A DNA stretch of 40,903 nucleotides from a virus (IMGVR_UViG_3300033512_000217:1-40903), one strand, 5' to 3'; shown: positions 17,008 through 25,549, counted from the stretch's first letter. The notes: generated by a model not told the origin, from the sequence alone. Translations and numbers: made by a program.

Positions 17008-17727
17008 ATGAAAATGATTATCCGTTGTCATGTTAAGAATGATGCAAGACTATTGTTGTTAAATAACTCAATCTCAGATGCTGCAAAGTATCTTGGGCAT
17101 GAGAATGTGTTTGTACTCGATGATCAATCTCCGATGGGAGAACAAGTTAAAACGGTATGTGATTCTTATGGTGTTAAAAGTAAAGTATCAAAAGGTGTTG
17201 CGAATACCATAAATGGTTTAATTGAATCAATACGCTTTTATAAAGAGATGAACCCAGAACTTGAACCTTGTATATTTGCTGTAGACGATTTTCAATTATC
17301 TTTTCAATTCAATTCTGAAGTAAGACGTTGGGAAGAGTATGTTCTGCCAAGATTGATTGCCTCAAATTGGGGTTTAATTGGTACATTCGCTTGTTATCCA
17401 ACGAGTGTAAGAGATTCAGCATTCAACAAAGATTTAGGATTGTGGCAAATAGATACTCATTCTCTCTATGCTCTTATCTGTCATCTTTTTTCAAAAGATT
17501 TGATGACAGTAATACTTGAATATGCTGATAAGTTTGATAGTGGTGAAATTCTATATCCTGCTATGTGTGATGATATATGGGTTGCTACACTATGTCAAGA
17601 GAAGAATCTTAGATGTATGAATAGCTATCTCGATCATGCTCAACATACGGGTATGAGTCAACGTACATTTAATGATGATACAGCAGGTAACAGCAACTAC
17701 TATTCAGAATGTTTTTCAGGAGTATAG
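17008..17727 (+). CDS. Putative GT-A fold glycosyltransferase
   Basis: VFVLDDQS, FAVDDF (DxD-like), CDDIW and QHTG motifs in GT2/GT25-like order; TACTAAT plus AGGAG upstream. Confidence 0.6.
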   Translation: MKMIIRCHVKNDARLLLLNNSISDAAKYLGHENVFVLDDQSPMGEQVKTVCDSYGVKSKVSKGVANTINGLIESIRFYKEMNPELEPCIFAVDDFQLSFQFNSEVRRWEEYVLPRLIASNWGLIGTFACYPTSVRDSAFNKDLGLWQIDTHSLYALICHLFSKDLMTVILEYADKFDSGEILYPAMCDDIWVATLCQEKNLRCMNSYLDHAQHTGMSQRTFNDDTAGNSNYYSECFSGV

Positions 17728-17731
17728 TGAT

Positions 17732-18004
17732 ATGTATTTTGAAGGTGAAGAAGTAAGAGCTTGTCAAGAAGTAACAAAACAAGAACGAGATGTACTTGTA
17801 AAGAACGGCATAAAGCCAGGAACAAAGGGTGTTGTAATATCTGAAGTATCTCATACAACTGTGAACTTCGGTGGTAAGATAGTAACTCTACGTTCTGAGT
17901 CAATAGAAGTATGTGATAGTAAAAAATATGGTTCAGCTCATGACGAAGACGCTAAGTTAGACGCTAAGTTAGATGTGCTGAGAGGCATGTTTGGGATGAA
18001 GTAG
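17732..18004 (+). CDS. Hypothetical protein (SH3/KOW-like, 90 aa)
   Basis: ATG at 17732 after AGGAG; YFEGEEVRA...IKPGTKGVV; contains a 12-bp tandem duplication at 17947-17973. Confidence 0.65.
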   Translation: MYFEGEEVRACQEVTKQERDVLVKNGIKPGTKGVVISEVSHTTVNFGGKIVTLRSESIEVCDSKKYGSAHDEDAKLDAKLDVLRGMFGMK

Positions 18005-18085
18005 TTTTTCAAATAAGCATTTACCCTCTTGCCAAAGAAAGTCCTTGTTTTAGCTGGGGATGAACTTGGCTAAATTTATTTTTTG

Positions 18086-18123
18086 TTGACTTTTGTAACA
18101 TTATGTGTTATATTATTACTAAT
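18086..18123 (+). promoter_or_regulatory. Sigma70-type promoter of tnpB plus TACTAAT box
   Basis: TTGACT (18086)-17 nt-TATATT with extended TG; TACTAAT at 18117-18123. Confidence 0.65.
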
Positions 18124-18158
18124 ATTTATAAGAATTTAGGTAAATACCTTTAGGTAAA

Positions 18159-19436
18159 ATGACAGATAGAGAAATTAAAAATCAACAGATTAAAGACACT
18201 CTTGCTAAAACAAGGGAAAAGAGAAAAACTCAAAGATGCTTAGTTTTTGAGTTGAAACTCGATTCAAGTCACTTTAATCTAAAAACCAAAGAAGCTCTAA
18301 AAATGATGTTTGTAGAAGCTAAATGGCTATATAATTTTTATCTCTCTCAAGAAGATATATTTAAAATTGATTCGAGAATAAATAAAGTAATTCATCGAGA
18401 TAAAGATGGAAATGATATTGAATCCGAGTTAAAATTTCTTCCAGCTAAATATAAAAGCTCTATACATGAAGTATTAAAAAACTCTATTAAATCTCTATCA
18501 TCTAAAAGAAAAAAGGGTAAGAAAGTTGGTAAGCTTAAATTTAAATCACAGTATAATTCAATTGATTTGAATCAGTATGCTAATACTCATAAAATAGTCT
18601 CTAAAAATAAAATTAAAATAGCAGGTATAAAACAACACTTAAAAGCATTTGGTTTAGAACAAATTGAACCAGAATATGAATTTGCGAATGCTAAACTTAT
18701 TAAAAAAGCAAGTGGTTATTACTTAAAATTAACTTGTTTTGAATTTATAAAAGAATCAGATTTCATGGATGAGGTAAAACCGGATATAGGATTAGATTTT
18801 GGAATCAAAGACTCAATCATAACTTCCGATGGAAAGAAATTTAAGGTATCAATTGGAGAATCAGAGCGCCTTAAGAAATTGCAACGTAAATTTGCAAAAG
18901 CAACAAAGGGTTCTAACAATTGGTATAAACTTAAAGTTCGAGTACAAAAAGAATATGAGCATATTGCGAATAAAAGAAATGATGCTGGAAATAAAATAGT
19001 CAACTTTTTGTTGTTGAATTATTCAACAGTATATTTTCAAGATGAAATGATACAAGCATGGCATCGTGGAAGATTTGGAAAGCAAGTTCAAAATAGTTGT
19101 TTAGGTAGAGTGAAAGCAAAGCTTAAAGTTTCACCAAATACAATTATGATCGAACGACGTTTTCCATCTACTAAATTATGTTTGAACTGCGGCGCATTAA
19201 ATGTTTTATCTTTAGCTGATCGTGTATATAAATGCGATTGTGGTTACGAAGAAGATAGAGATATTAAAGCGGCTAAAACAATTCTTCATGCTGGAAGATG
19301 TAAAACTAATTATATACCTACGGAACGTAGGAAATTTAAGCCTGTGGAGAATAAAACCTCTGCAACAATTGATTTATCAAAAGTTGTAAGTTATGATTCT
19401 GTGAAGCAGGAAGCTCTCTCCTTTAGGAGAAGGTAG
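18159..19436 (+). CDS. tnpB: RNA-guided endonuclease TnpB
   Basis: RuvC-I IGLDFGIKD, RuvC-II region VYFQDEM, zinc finger STKLCLNCG...CDCG, RuvC-III DRDIKAAKTI. Confidence 0.93.
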   Translation: MTDREIKNQQIKDTLAKTREKRKTQRCLVFELKLDSSHFNLKTKEALKMMFVEAKWLYNFYLSQEDIFKIDSRINKVIHRDKDGNDIESELKFLPAKYKSSIHEVLKNSIKSLSSKRKKGKKVGKLKFKSQYNSIDLNQYANTHKIVSKNKIKIAGIKQHLKAFGLEQIEPEYEFANAKLIKKASGYYLKLTCFEFIKESDFMDEVKPDIGLDFGIKDSIITSDGKKFKVSIGESERLKKLQRKFAKATKGSNNWYKLKVRVQKEYEHIANKRNDAGNKIVNFLLLNYSTVYFQDEMIQAWHRGRFGKQVQNSCLGRVKAKLKVSPNTIMIERRFPSTKLCLNCGALNVLSLADRVYKCDCGYEEDRDIKAAKTILHAGRCKTNYIPTERRKFKPVENKTSATIDLSKVVSYDSVKQEALSFRRR

Positions 19437-19460
19437 TTCATATTTAGTGGGATGTCATAA
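19310..19460 (+). ncRNA. Predicted omega/reRNA scaffold (3' end of tnpB plus right end) with flanking guide
   Basis: Inference from TnpB biology; hairpin CCTACGGAACGTAGG at ~19317-19331 and right-end hairpin; guide would begin at about 19441 (TATTTAGTGGGATGTCATAA). Confidence 0.5.
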
Positions 19461-19590
19461 ACACAATATTTAATGAACCCTTTATGTTTTTAATCTCTTT
19501 AATACTAATAATATAGAAGATAAACTTCAACTAAAATATTGGCGTAAGCCTTTGTTTTAAAACTTTAAATTTAGTGTGAGGTATAACACT

Positions 19591-19884
19591 ATGGCAGATT
19601 CTATTCAAGTTATCACGTATCATAAACCTAAAGCATTTAAGCATACGGTTGGTACAGATGAGGCAAGTTCGGGTGTGGTTATTCTTCCATTCATAACCAA
19701 TCCTGTTGTTGCTACAGACGATTTGGCGTATATCGCACAAGTTCGTGCATCAGGAACTCTTATTGAAAAAACAGGATTCAAAACCTTGTATTCAACTACC
19801 AGTGGTTCACTCTCTGTTCTTGCAGAAGGTGCTACTACTTTCACAGCAGGTGACATTGTAAATTGTCTTGGAATGTTCCTGTAA
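19591..19884 (+). CDS. Small beta-rich protein, candidate virion (decoration) protein
   Basis: ATG at 19591 after GAGGT; A/T/G/V/S-rich, low-Lys composition unlike neighbours; own upstream TACTAAT and own terminator. Confidence 0.6.
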   Translation: MADSIQVITYHKPKAFKHTVGTDEASSGVVILPFITNPVVATDDLAYIAQVRASGTLIEKTGFKTLYSTTSGSLSVLAEGATTFTAGDIVNCLGMFL

Positions 19885-19899
19885 GATTTTCTCCTCAAA

Positions 19900-19931
19900 A
19901 AAAAGCCTCTTTGAAATATAAGAGGCTTTTT
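19900..19931. terminator. Bidirectional rho-independent terminator
   Basis: AAAAAGCCTCTT-TGAAATAT-AAGAGGCTTTTT. Confidence 0.85.
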
Positions 19932-19953
19932 AATTCTCAAATAAGGATTTCAG

Positions 19954-20664
19954 ATGAAACGATATAAGAGAAAATTTTTAGATGATATGGAGTATGTGAA
20001 GACAGGTCTATCATGTATAAATGAAGCTGTAATAAATATCGACGATTATTATAAAGTATTATTAAAAGATGTTATTATTGCAGAAAAAGGAGTTATTGAA
20101 TTTAGCCACTCATATCCAGACCTATTAGAATACCTTAATGAAATATTTAATAAGTATTTAATATTTTTTAGAGTTGATCCTCGTAATAATATTACTTCTG
20201 AATACGGTATAACGAAAGGAAGTTGTAAAAATTACTCTATCTATGTATATACCGATGACAAGATACTACAATATTGTGAAAATGAAAGAAAAGCTTATTA
20301 TATTTTTGCTACAATAAAAAAGGTTATTGTTCATGAATTAGTACATAGAGGGCAATATTTAAGAATATTTATTAACAGAACATTTGAATACCCTTTTGAT
20401 GATAAGGATGATAATTATTTGAATACAAAAGAAGAGATAATGGCAAATGCTCGAATGACTATAGAGGAATTTAGATTTTTAGGATATGATAATAATCATA
20501 TACTTAGAACTATCCAAAATAAAGATGTATCATTTATAGAGAGTAAGATATTCTCATACATAAAACAAAAGTATGATGCTACAAAAGAATTTAATATTTA
20601 TATTAAATATATTTATCAATACTTAACTGATACTACAGTAAATCAACTTCCTGTTGAGTTTTAA
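19954..20664 (+). CDS. Zincin-like HExxH protein with MKRY leader
   Basis: VHELVHRGQ and downstream YL...EEIMANA (third ligand); N-terminus MKRYKRKF. Confidence 0.65.
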   Translation: MKRYKRKFLDDMEYVKTGLSCINEAVINIDDYYKVLLKDVIIAEKGVIEFSHSYPDLLEYLNEIFNKYLIFFRVDPRNNITSEYGITKGSCKNYSIYVYTDDKILQYCENERKAYYIFATIKKVIVHELVHRGQYLRIFINRTFEYPFDDKDDNYLNTKEEIMANARMTIEEFRFLGYDNNHILRTIQNKDVSFIESKIFSYIKQKYDATKEFNIYIKYIYQYLTDTTVNQLPVEF

Positions 20665-20709
20665 ATTTCTGTACTAATTTGTTATATTAAATAGAAAGGA
20701 AGTATATGC

Positions 20710-21693
20710 TTGAACATTTTAGAATTATGCAAAGATAAGAGAGTCTATTCTATCCATCATTCAGATCTCGACGGAGTAGGATCGTTTATAGTCTCAAGTT
20801 ATTATATTAAGAGTATAGCATCTGAGTATTATTTTCTTATATCAAGCGACCGCGATTTCGCTGATCTTGATTGGTATGCCATAGAAAATAGTGACATTAT
20901 TATATTTTCAGACATTGCCCCAAAGTTAGAATTTTTAGAAAAACTATTATTCCTGAAAAAAGAAGTGGTAATATGCGATCACCATATATCATCTTATAAT
21001 GAGTTAATGAATAGCTCTTTAGATAAAGAAAATTATATTTTTAATGTAGACAAATGTGGTACACGTATTTTATTTGAAGAACTGACTAAAAACAGAAGAG
21101 TTAAAAAAGTAGTGTTTCAAGCAGTAGAACTTATTGATGTTTATGATAGATATGAAACCAATTCTTCTTTATGGAGAGATGCAAAAGATTTACATAATGT
21201 TTTATATGGTAGTGTAGATTGGAAAAAGAATTATGGTGATAATAAGAAATATGAAAAATTTATAGAAAATCAACTATATAAATTTGATAATCATAAAATA
21301 TTTTTTCTAACTGATCATGAAAAAGAATTAGCTAAGAAAGCTGAACAAAAAGAAAAAGATAATATGCAATTGGCTAAAAAATCTCTTTCTAAAAGAAAAG
21401 ACAACAGTGGTAACATTTATGCTTATTTTGAATGCTCAAGTAAACTATCATTTGTTGCAATGAACTTGTTGAAAGAATATACAGATATAAATTATTTTGT
21501 AGGACATTCAACATGGTTAGAAAACGCTAAAGGTGAAATAAATGGTAAAATATCATTGCGATCTCAAGAAGGATTTGATGTATCGGTGATAGCTGAGAAA
21601 TGGAATGGCGGAGGCCATTTACAGGCGGCAGGTTTAGAATTACCTATAGATACTTTTCATAAATTTAGAGAAGGAAAAGTACACCTTATATAG
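20710..21693 (+). CDS. DHH/DHHA1-family phosphoesterase
   Basis: HHSDLDG, FSD, CDHH, ISLRS, GGGHLQAAG. Confidence 0.9.
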   Translation: MNILELCKDKRVYSIHHSDLDGVGSFIVSSYYIKSIASEYYFLISSDRDFADLDWYAIENSDIIIFSDIAPKLEFLEKLLFLKKEVVICDHHISSYNELMNSSLDKENYIFNVDKCGTRILFEELTKNRRVKKVVFQAVELIDVYDRYETNSSLWRDAKDLHNVLYGSVDWKKNYGDNKKYEKFIENQLYKFDNHKIFFLTDHEKELAKKAEQKEKDNMQLAKKSLSKRKDNSGNIYAYFECSSKLSFVAMNLLKEYTDINYFVGHSTWLENAKGEINGKISLRSQEGFDVSVIAEKWNGGGHLQAAGLELPIDTFHKFREGKVHLI

Positions 21694-21701
21694 AAAAATA
21701 A

Positions 21702-21734
21702 TTTTTAATTTTAGATAATTGTTCGTTATATTAT
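21702..21734 (+). promoter_or_regulatory. TTTAAT-N17-TATATT promoter
   Basis: TTTTTAATT 21702-21710, TTATATTAT 21726-21734. Confidence 0.65.
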
Positions 21735-21753
21735 CTATACATAGGAGAAACAG

Positions 21754-22182
21754 ATGTCTCAAGATATACGATTCTTAGGTAGGGTTATTGATTATAACCC
21801 TATAAAACAGACGGTAGAAATTCAAATTGACTTCCTGACTCCAGAACAGCAGGAAGTCGTTGAAAATCTATTGAAAGACAAATCAGAGTTTTCTTTTTGG
21901 TTTAATAAGCCGTTCAGAATGAGTAAAACAAACGCTCAACTTAAGAAGTATTACCTTGATTTGAAAAATATTCTAATCAAGCTTGATGTAGTACCTACTT
22001 CGGAAAACATTAAGGCATTTGATCTTGAGATAAAAAAATCGGCATTTCCAACACAGATGCTTGAAGTTTTCGATCGTAAAATTCCATTGATTCCGAGTAA
22101 GGCGAATATGACGGTAGACGAACTATCGTATATGATTCAGTATTTACAGGAACATTATATTGAACCTTTGGATGTGTACTAA
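21754..22182 (+). CDS. Hypothetical protein, possibly NinB/Orf-like
   Basis: SKTNAQLKKYY and C-terminal SKANMTVDELSYMIQYL resemble the NinB/YbcN pattern; weak. Confidence 0.45.
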   Translation: MSQDIRFLGRVIDYNPIKQTVEIQIDFLTPEQQEVVENLLKDKSEFSFWFNKPFRMSKTNAQLKKYYLDLKNILIKLDVVPTSENIKAFDLEIKKSAFPTQMLEVFDRKIPLIPSKANMTVDELSYMIQYLQEHYIEPLDVY

Positions 22183-22187
22183 TAATT

Positions 22188-22748
22188 ATGGCAGATGATA
22201 ATTTTAATAAACCAATAAACACCAATGAAATAGTTCAGTCTACTATGACTATGAGTATGACGTATCATATAAACATAGATTCTGAAATTTCATCACCATC
22301 TGATTATCGTCAAGTATATGATACGCTACGTAAAGCTAATGTGAATGATAAGGTGTTTATTTTAATAAATACTCCTGGCGGAGAACTTGCTTCAGGTGTA
22401 CAGCTTTATAATAGTATATTAAAATGTAAAGCTTATGTGATTGCTCAAGTATATGAAGCATCAAGTGCAGGTAGTATTTTAGCACTGGCGTCAGACGAAA
22501 TTCAAATCTCGGATTTTGGTTATATGATGATACATTCTCTTTCATCAGGAGTTTTCGGTAAACAAGAAGATTTAAAGAATATGACTGAGTTTCTTTGTAA
22601 ATGGGGCAATGATGTATTAAGTATTTATAAGGGATTCTTGACAACTAAAGAAATAGAAGAAGTTAAGAAAGGAAAAGAGCTGTGGCTGTCTAAGCAAGAT
22701 GTCGATAAAAGACTTAAGACTTGGATTCCTGCAAAAAGTAAAAAATAA
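22188..22748 (+). CDS. ClpP-like serine protease
   Basis: INTPGGE, ASSAGS (catalytic Ser), MMIH, ELWLS. Confidence 0.85.
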   Translation: MADDNFNKPINTNEIVQSTMTMSMTYHINIDSEISSPSDYRQVYDTLRKANVNDKVFILINTPGGELASGVQLYNSILKCKAYVIAQVYEASSAGSILALASDEIQISDFGYMMIHSLSSGVFGKQEDLKNMTEFLCKWGNDVLSIYKGFLTTKEIEEVKKGKELWLSKQDVDKRLKTWIPAKSKK

Positions 22749-22780
22749 TTTTAATTTTCCAAGAAGGTTTATTATATTAT
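22749..22780 (+). promoter_or_regulatory. TTTAAT-N17-TATATT promoter
   Basis: TTTTAATT 22749-22756, TTATATTAT 22772-22780. Confidence 0.65.
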
Positions 22781-22795
22781 TGATAGGAGAAATAA

Positions 22796-23266
22796 ATGAA
22801 TAAGTATAACCGAAAGGTATTTGATACACGTCATGCGATTGACCGATTTATCGAGCGGTATCAGAATAAAGTAGATAGGAAAACTATAGATAGAATTATA
22901 GACGATTCTATCAATAAAATTATAGAAGCATTTAAAGATGAACCAACTACATATGCTTCTTGGTCTAAGTCAACAGGAGTTTGTGTTATTATAGATTGGA
23001 GAAAAGACATTAAGAATAAACGTGATGTGAATAATCATGCTGTTATTGTTACTTTTCTTCCCATTAAACAGAAATTTACAGATGTACATCTTAAGAATGA
23101 GAGTGATGTACGAATTATTGTTGAAAGTCTTTTGCAATCAACCGTTAAATTAACAGAATCATATTCTAATTACATACAAGAAGTAACCATTGGGGATTTA
23201 CATTTATTTTTTGAAAATGGCATATTGTTTGATAGTGGTATATCTTTCTGTTTCGGAGTTAAATAG
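22796..23266 (+). CDS. Hypothetical protein with HAxxRxxER motif
   Basis: TRHAIDRFIERY and VIVTF resemble small RelE/DUF4258-like folds; AGGAG RBS. Confidence 0.6.
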   Translation: MNKYNRKVFDTRHAIDRFIERYQNKVDRKTIDRIIDDSINKIIEAFKDEPTTYASWSKSTGVCVIIDWRKDIKNKRDVNNHAVIVTFLPIKQKFTDVHLKNESDVRIIVESLLQSTVKLTESYSNYIQEVTIGDLHLFFENGILFDSGISFCFGVK

Positions 23267-23980
23267 ATGGTAGGACAATTCACATCAGACGATCAAGTAT
23301 ATTATAGAGAAAGCGATGAGTATAAGAGAGAGCAGATTGAAAAGAAGTTTAATCTCTTTTTAAATAAGAGCAACATACCTACGTTTTATCATGGTATAAA
23401 CTTTGAAGACTACGAAGGTGATAAAGAATCTGAGTCATTTAAGAAAATTAAATACTATGCTGATAATTGTAATCAAGAAAAATTCAATCATGTGAGCATG
23501 TATCTATGGGGACTTCATGGTTGTCAGAAAACAGCTCTTGCGTGTAACATAGGTAAAGAAGCAATGAAGAAAGGACTTAGAGTTAAGTTCATTCTTGCTG
23601 GTGAACTCATTTCTAAGTTTATGAAGTTGCAAGGATACGGTAGAGATGAAGATGTATATGACGAAATTGAAGATTTGAAAACTTATGATATGGTAATAAT
23701 TGATGATTTTGGAGATCCTTCTAAAGAGCTTCAGTGGAAAAAAAATATGGATTTAATAACTTCTGAATGGGATAGATTTTTCCGTCATATGCTTTCTAAC
23801 GGAGTCAAAATTGTATTAACCTCAAATTATAGTTTAGATGTTACTCAGCAGGTTTTTGGAATAAGCTTATTTGAGTTATTAGATAGAAATTTTTGTCAGG
23901 TAATGCTGATAGATAGCGTGAAACATATTAGAAAATTGAATGTACTTGAAGCATTTGCTGATATGAACACTAATAAATAG
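23267..23980 (+). CDS. DnaC/IstB-like AAA+ helicase loader
   Basis: SNIP, YLWGLHGCQKTALA (Walker A variant), IIDDFG (Walker B), LTSN. Confidence 0.8.
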   Translation: MVGQFTSDDQVYYRESDEYKREQIEKKFNLFLNKSNIPTFYHGINFEDYEGDKESESFKKIKYYADNCNQEKFNHVSMYLWGLHGCQKTALACNIGKEAMKKGLRVKFILAGELISKFMKLQGYGRDEDVYDEIEDLKTYDMVIIDDFGDPSKELQWKKNMDLITSEWDRFFRHMLSNGVKIVLTSNYSLDVTQQVFGISLFELLDRNFCQVMLIDSVKHIRKLNVLEAFADMNTNK

Positions 23981-24125
23981 ATCTTAGCTAGGTTTGATGA
24001 CTGAAAAGAGTGCAAGTACCACGATTCTTGTATTCCTGCTAAGGTTTTCAAAATTTTTTATACTAATATAATAATTAAAGAAGCATCAACTTCTTTAAAA
24101 TTTATAAATAATCGTGGTGCAAAGT

Positions 24126-25190
24126 ATGTTATTGCTTGAAGACAGGAGATTTTACGTGTATATTTATTTAGACCCTAGAAAACCTGGAAATTTTAATTAC
24201 GGTGAATACCATTTTGACTTTGAACCTTTCTATGTGGGTAAAGGGTACGGGGAAAGATTGTTAGTGCATTTACAAGAAGCTAAAAAAGGTTATTCTAGTA
24301 ATATGCACAAGATCAATAAAATTAATAAAATTATAAAAGAAGGATTCGATTTAATTTATTTTAGGTTTAAAGATAATTTAACTGAGATTGAAGCGTATGA
24401 ACAAGAAGAAATTATAGTTAGAACAATAGGCAGACTAAAATTTAAAACAGGGCCTCTTACAAATATATTAGAGGGTGGACGTGGCGGGATGTCAGGTGTT
24501 AATAATAGTATGTATGGTAGAAACGATCAGTGTTACGTCGAAGGTGGTTTAGCTGATACTGCTAGATCACGAAAAGGAAAAACATGGGAAATTATATTTG
24601 GAGAAGAAAAAGCTGCTGAAATAAAATCTAAAGCAGATATATATTTTGCCACAATTAGAGGTAAAACTTTAGTTGAAACTAGAGGAGAAGAAAAAGCTAA
24701 AGAAATTAGTTTAAAAATGTCTGAAAATAACTGCGGTAGAAAAAGAAAAGGGTTGTTATACGAAGACATCTATGGTGAGAGTAAAGCTTTAGAAATAAAA
24801 CAGTCTTTAAAAGACTACGCATTATATAAAAAAGAAAATGGGATACCTGGTCCTTTCAAGGGGCTGTATGGAAAAAATAATCCTAAATATAGATATGTTG
24901 ATATAGAAAAAATTAAGGAACTAATATCTTTGGGGTATTCTTCAAAAGAGATATCTGAAGAAATTGGTGAAACTCAAACGGTTATAAAAAAGAGACTAAA
25001 AGAGGAAGGAATAAAAATACCAAAAAAATATAGAAACAGAAAACCAGTTTTTAAATTAGATATTGATATTGTTATATTAAAAAATATGTATAATGATGGT
25101 AAGCCTTTAGAAGAAATAGCCTCCTTTTTTAACGTTAAAAAGGCCGCCATTCGTAGCAGAATAAAGTATGCTTTTAAGGATATGAAATGA
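24126..25190 (+). CDS. Free-standing GIY-YIG (LEM-3-like) homing endonuclease with repeat and HTH DNA-binding modules
   Basis: FYVYIYLDPRKPG...PFYVGKG..R...HL...EAYEQE...GPLTN; three GKTxExxxGEEKAxEI repeats; two C-terminal HTHs; ATG 24126 after GTGGTG (GTG 24114 is an alternative start). Confidence 0.85.
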   Translation: MLLLEDRRFYVYIYLDPRKPGNFNYGEYHFDFEPFYVGKGYGERLLVHLQEAKKGYSSNMHKINKINKIIKEGFDLIYFRFKDNLTEIEAYEQEEIIVRTIGRLKFKTGPLTNILEGGRGGMSGVNNSMYGRNDQCYVEGGLADTARSRKGKTWEIIFGEEKAAEIKSKADIYFATIRGKTLVETRGEEKAKEISLKMSENNCGRKRKGLLYEDIYGESKALEIKQSLKDYALYKKENGIPGPFKGLYGKNNPKYRYVDIEKIKELISLGYSSKEISEEIGETQTVIKKRLKEEGIKIPKKYRNRKPVFKLDIDIVILKNMYNDGKPLEEIASFFNVKKAAIRSRIKYAFKDMK

Positions 25191-25549
25191 TGAGAGCAAA
25201 GATGAAATTTGATAATCCCTTTACTGACATTCTGATGTGTTTCCAAAGAATGTACGGTAGCATAGAGTGCTATATACAATTTGATCCGTCATTACCTAAA
25301 GGAATTGGAAAAACAATGGGTGATATAGTATTTCCATTTGATGGTTCAGCACCAGTAATAAGTATTTCATCTAAAATAAGTGTTGACAATGCAATGGAAA
25401 TATTGATACATGAACTTGCTCACCTTAAATGCGGTCCTATGGAAAATCATGGGAAAGAGTGGACGAAAACATTTAAGGCTATTGTTAAGCAGTATAATAA
25501 AGAGACTAAAGAAAAAGCAATACAAGAAGGATTGAAGGTTAAGTACTAA
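25187..25549 (+). CDS. SprT/WLM-like HExxH zinc metalloprotease
   Basis: LIHELAHL...NHGKEW. Confidence 0.75.
   Translation: MMRAKMKFDNPFTDILMCFQRMYGSIECYIQFDPSLPKGIGKTMGDIVFPFDGSAPVISISSKISVDNAMEILIHELAHLKCGPMENHGKEWTKTFKAIVKQYNKETKEKAIQEGLKVKY

Larger units (their letters stand above)
18029..19441 (+). mobile_element. IS200/IS605-superfamily element, TnpB only (IS1341-like); boundaries approximate
   Basis: Left subterminal hairpin GCCAA-agaaagtccttgttttagctggggatgaac-TTGGC; right end GAAGCTCTCTCCTTTAGGAGAAGGTAGTTCA typical of this group; no tnpA in the window. Confidence 0.8.

Noticed and set aside
17947-17973. 12-bp tandem repeat AGACGCTAAGTT x2
   Set aside because: In-frame local duplication (DAKLDAKL) with only two units; not a CRISPR array or iteron
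19510-19590. Riboswitch in the leader of the 19591 gene
   Set aside because: Only a 3-bp GNRA hairpin and AT-rich pairing; no recognisable aptamer consensus
23981-25190. Group I intron housing the GIY-YIG gene
   Set aside because: Flanking genes look complete and unrelated, and there is too little non-coding sequence for a ribozyme core
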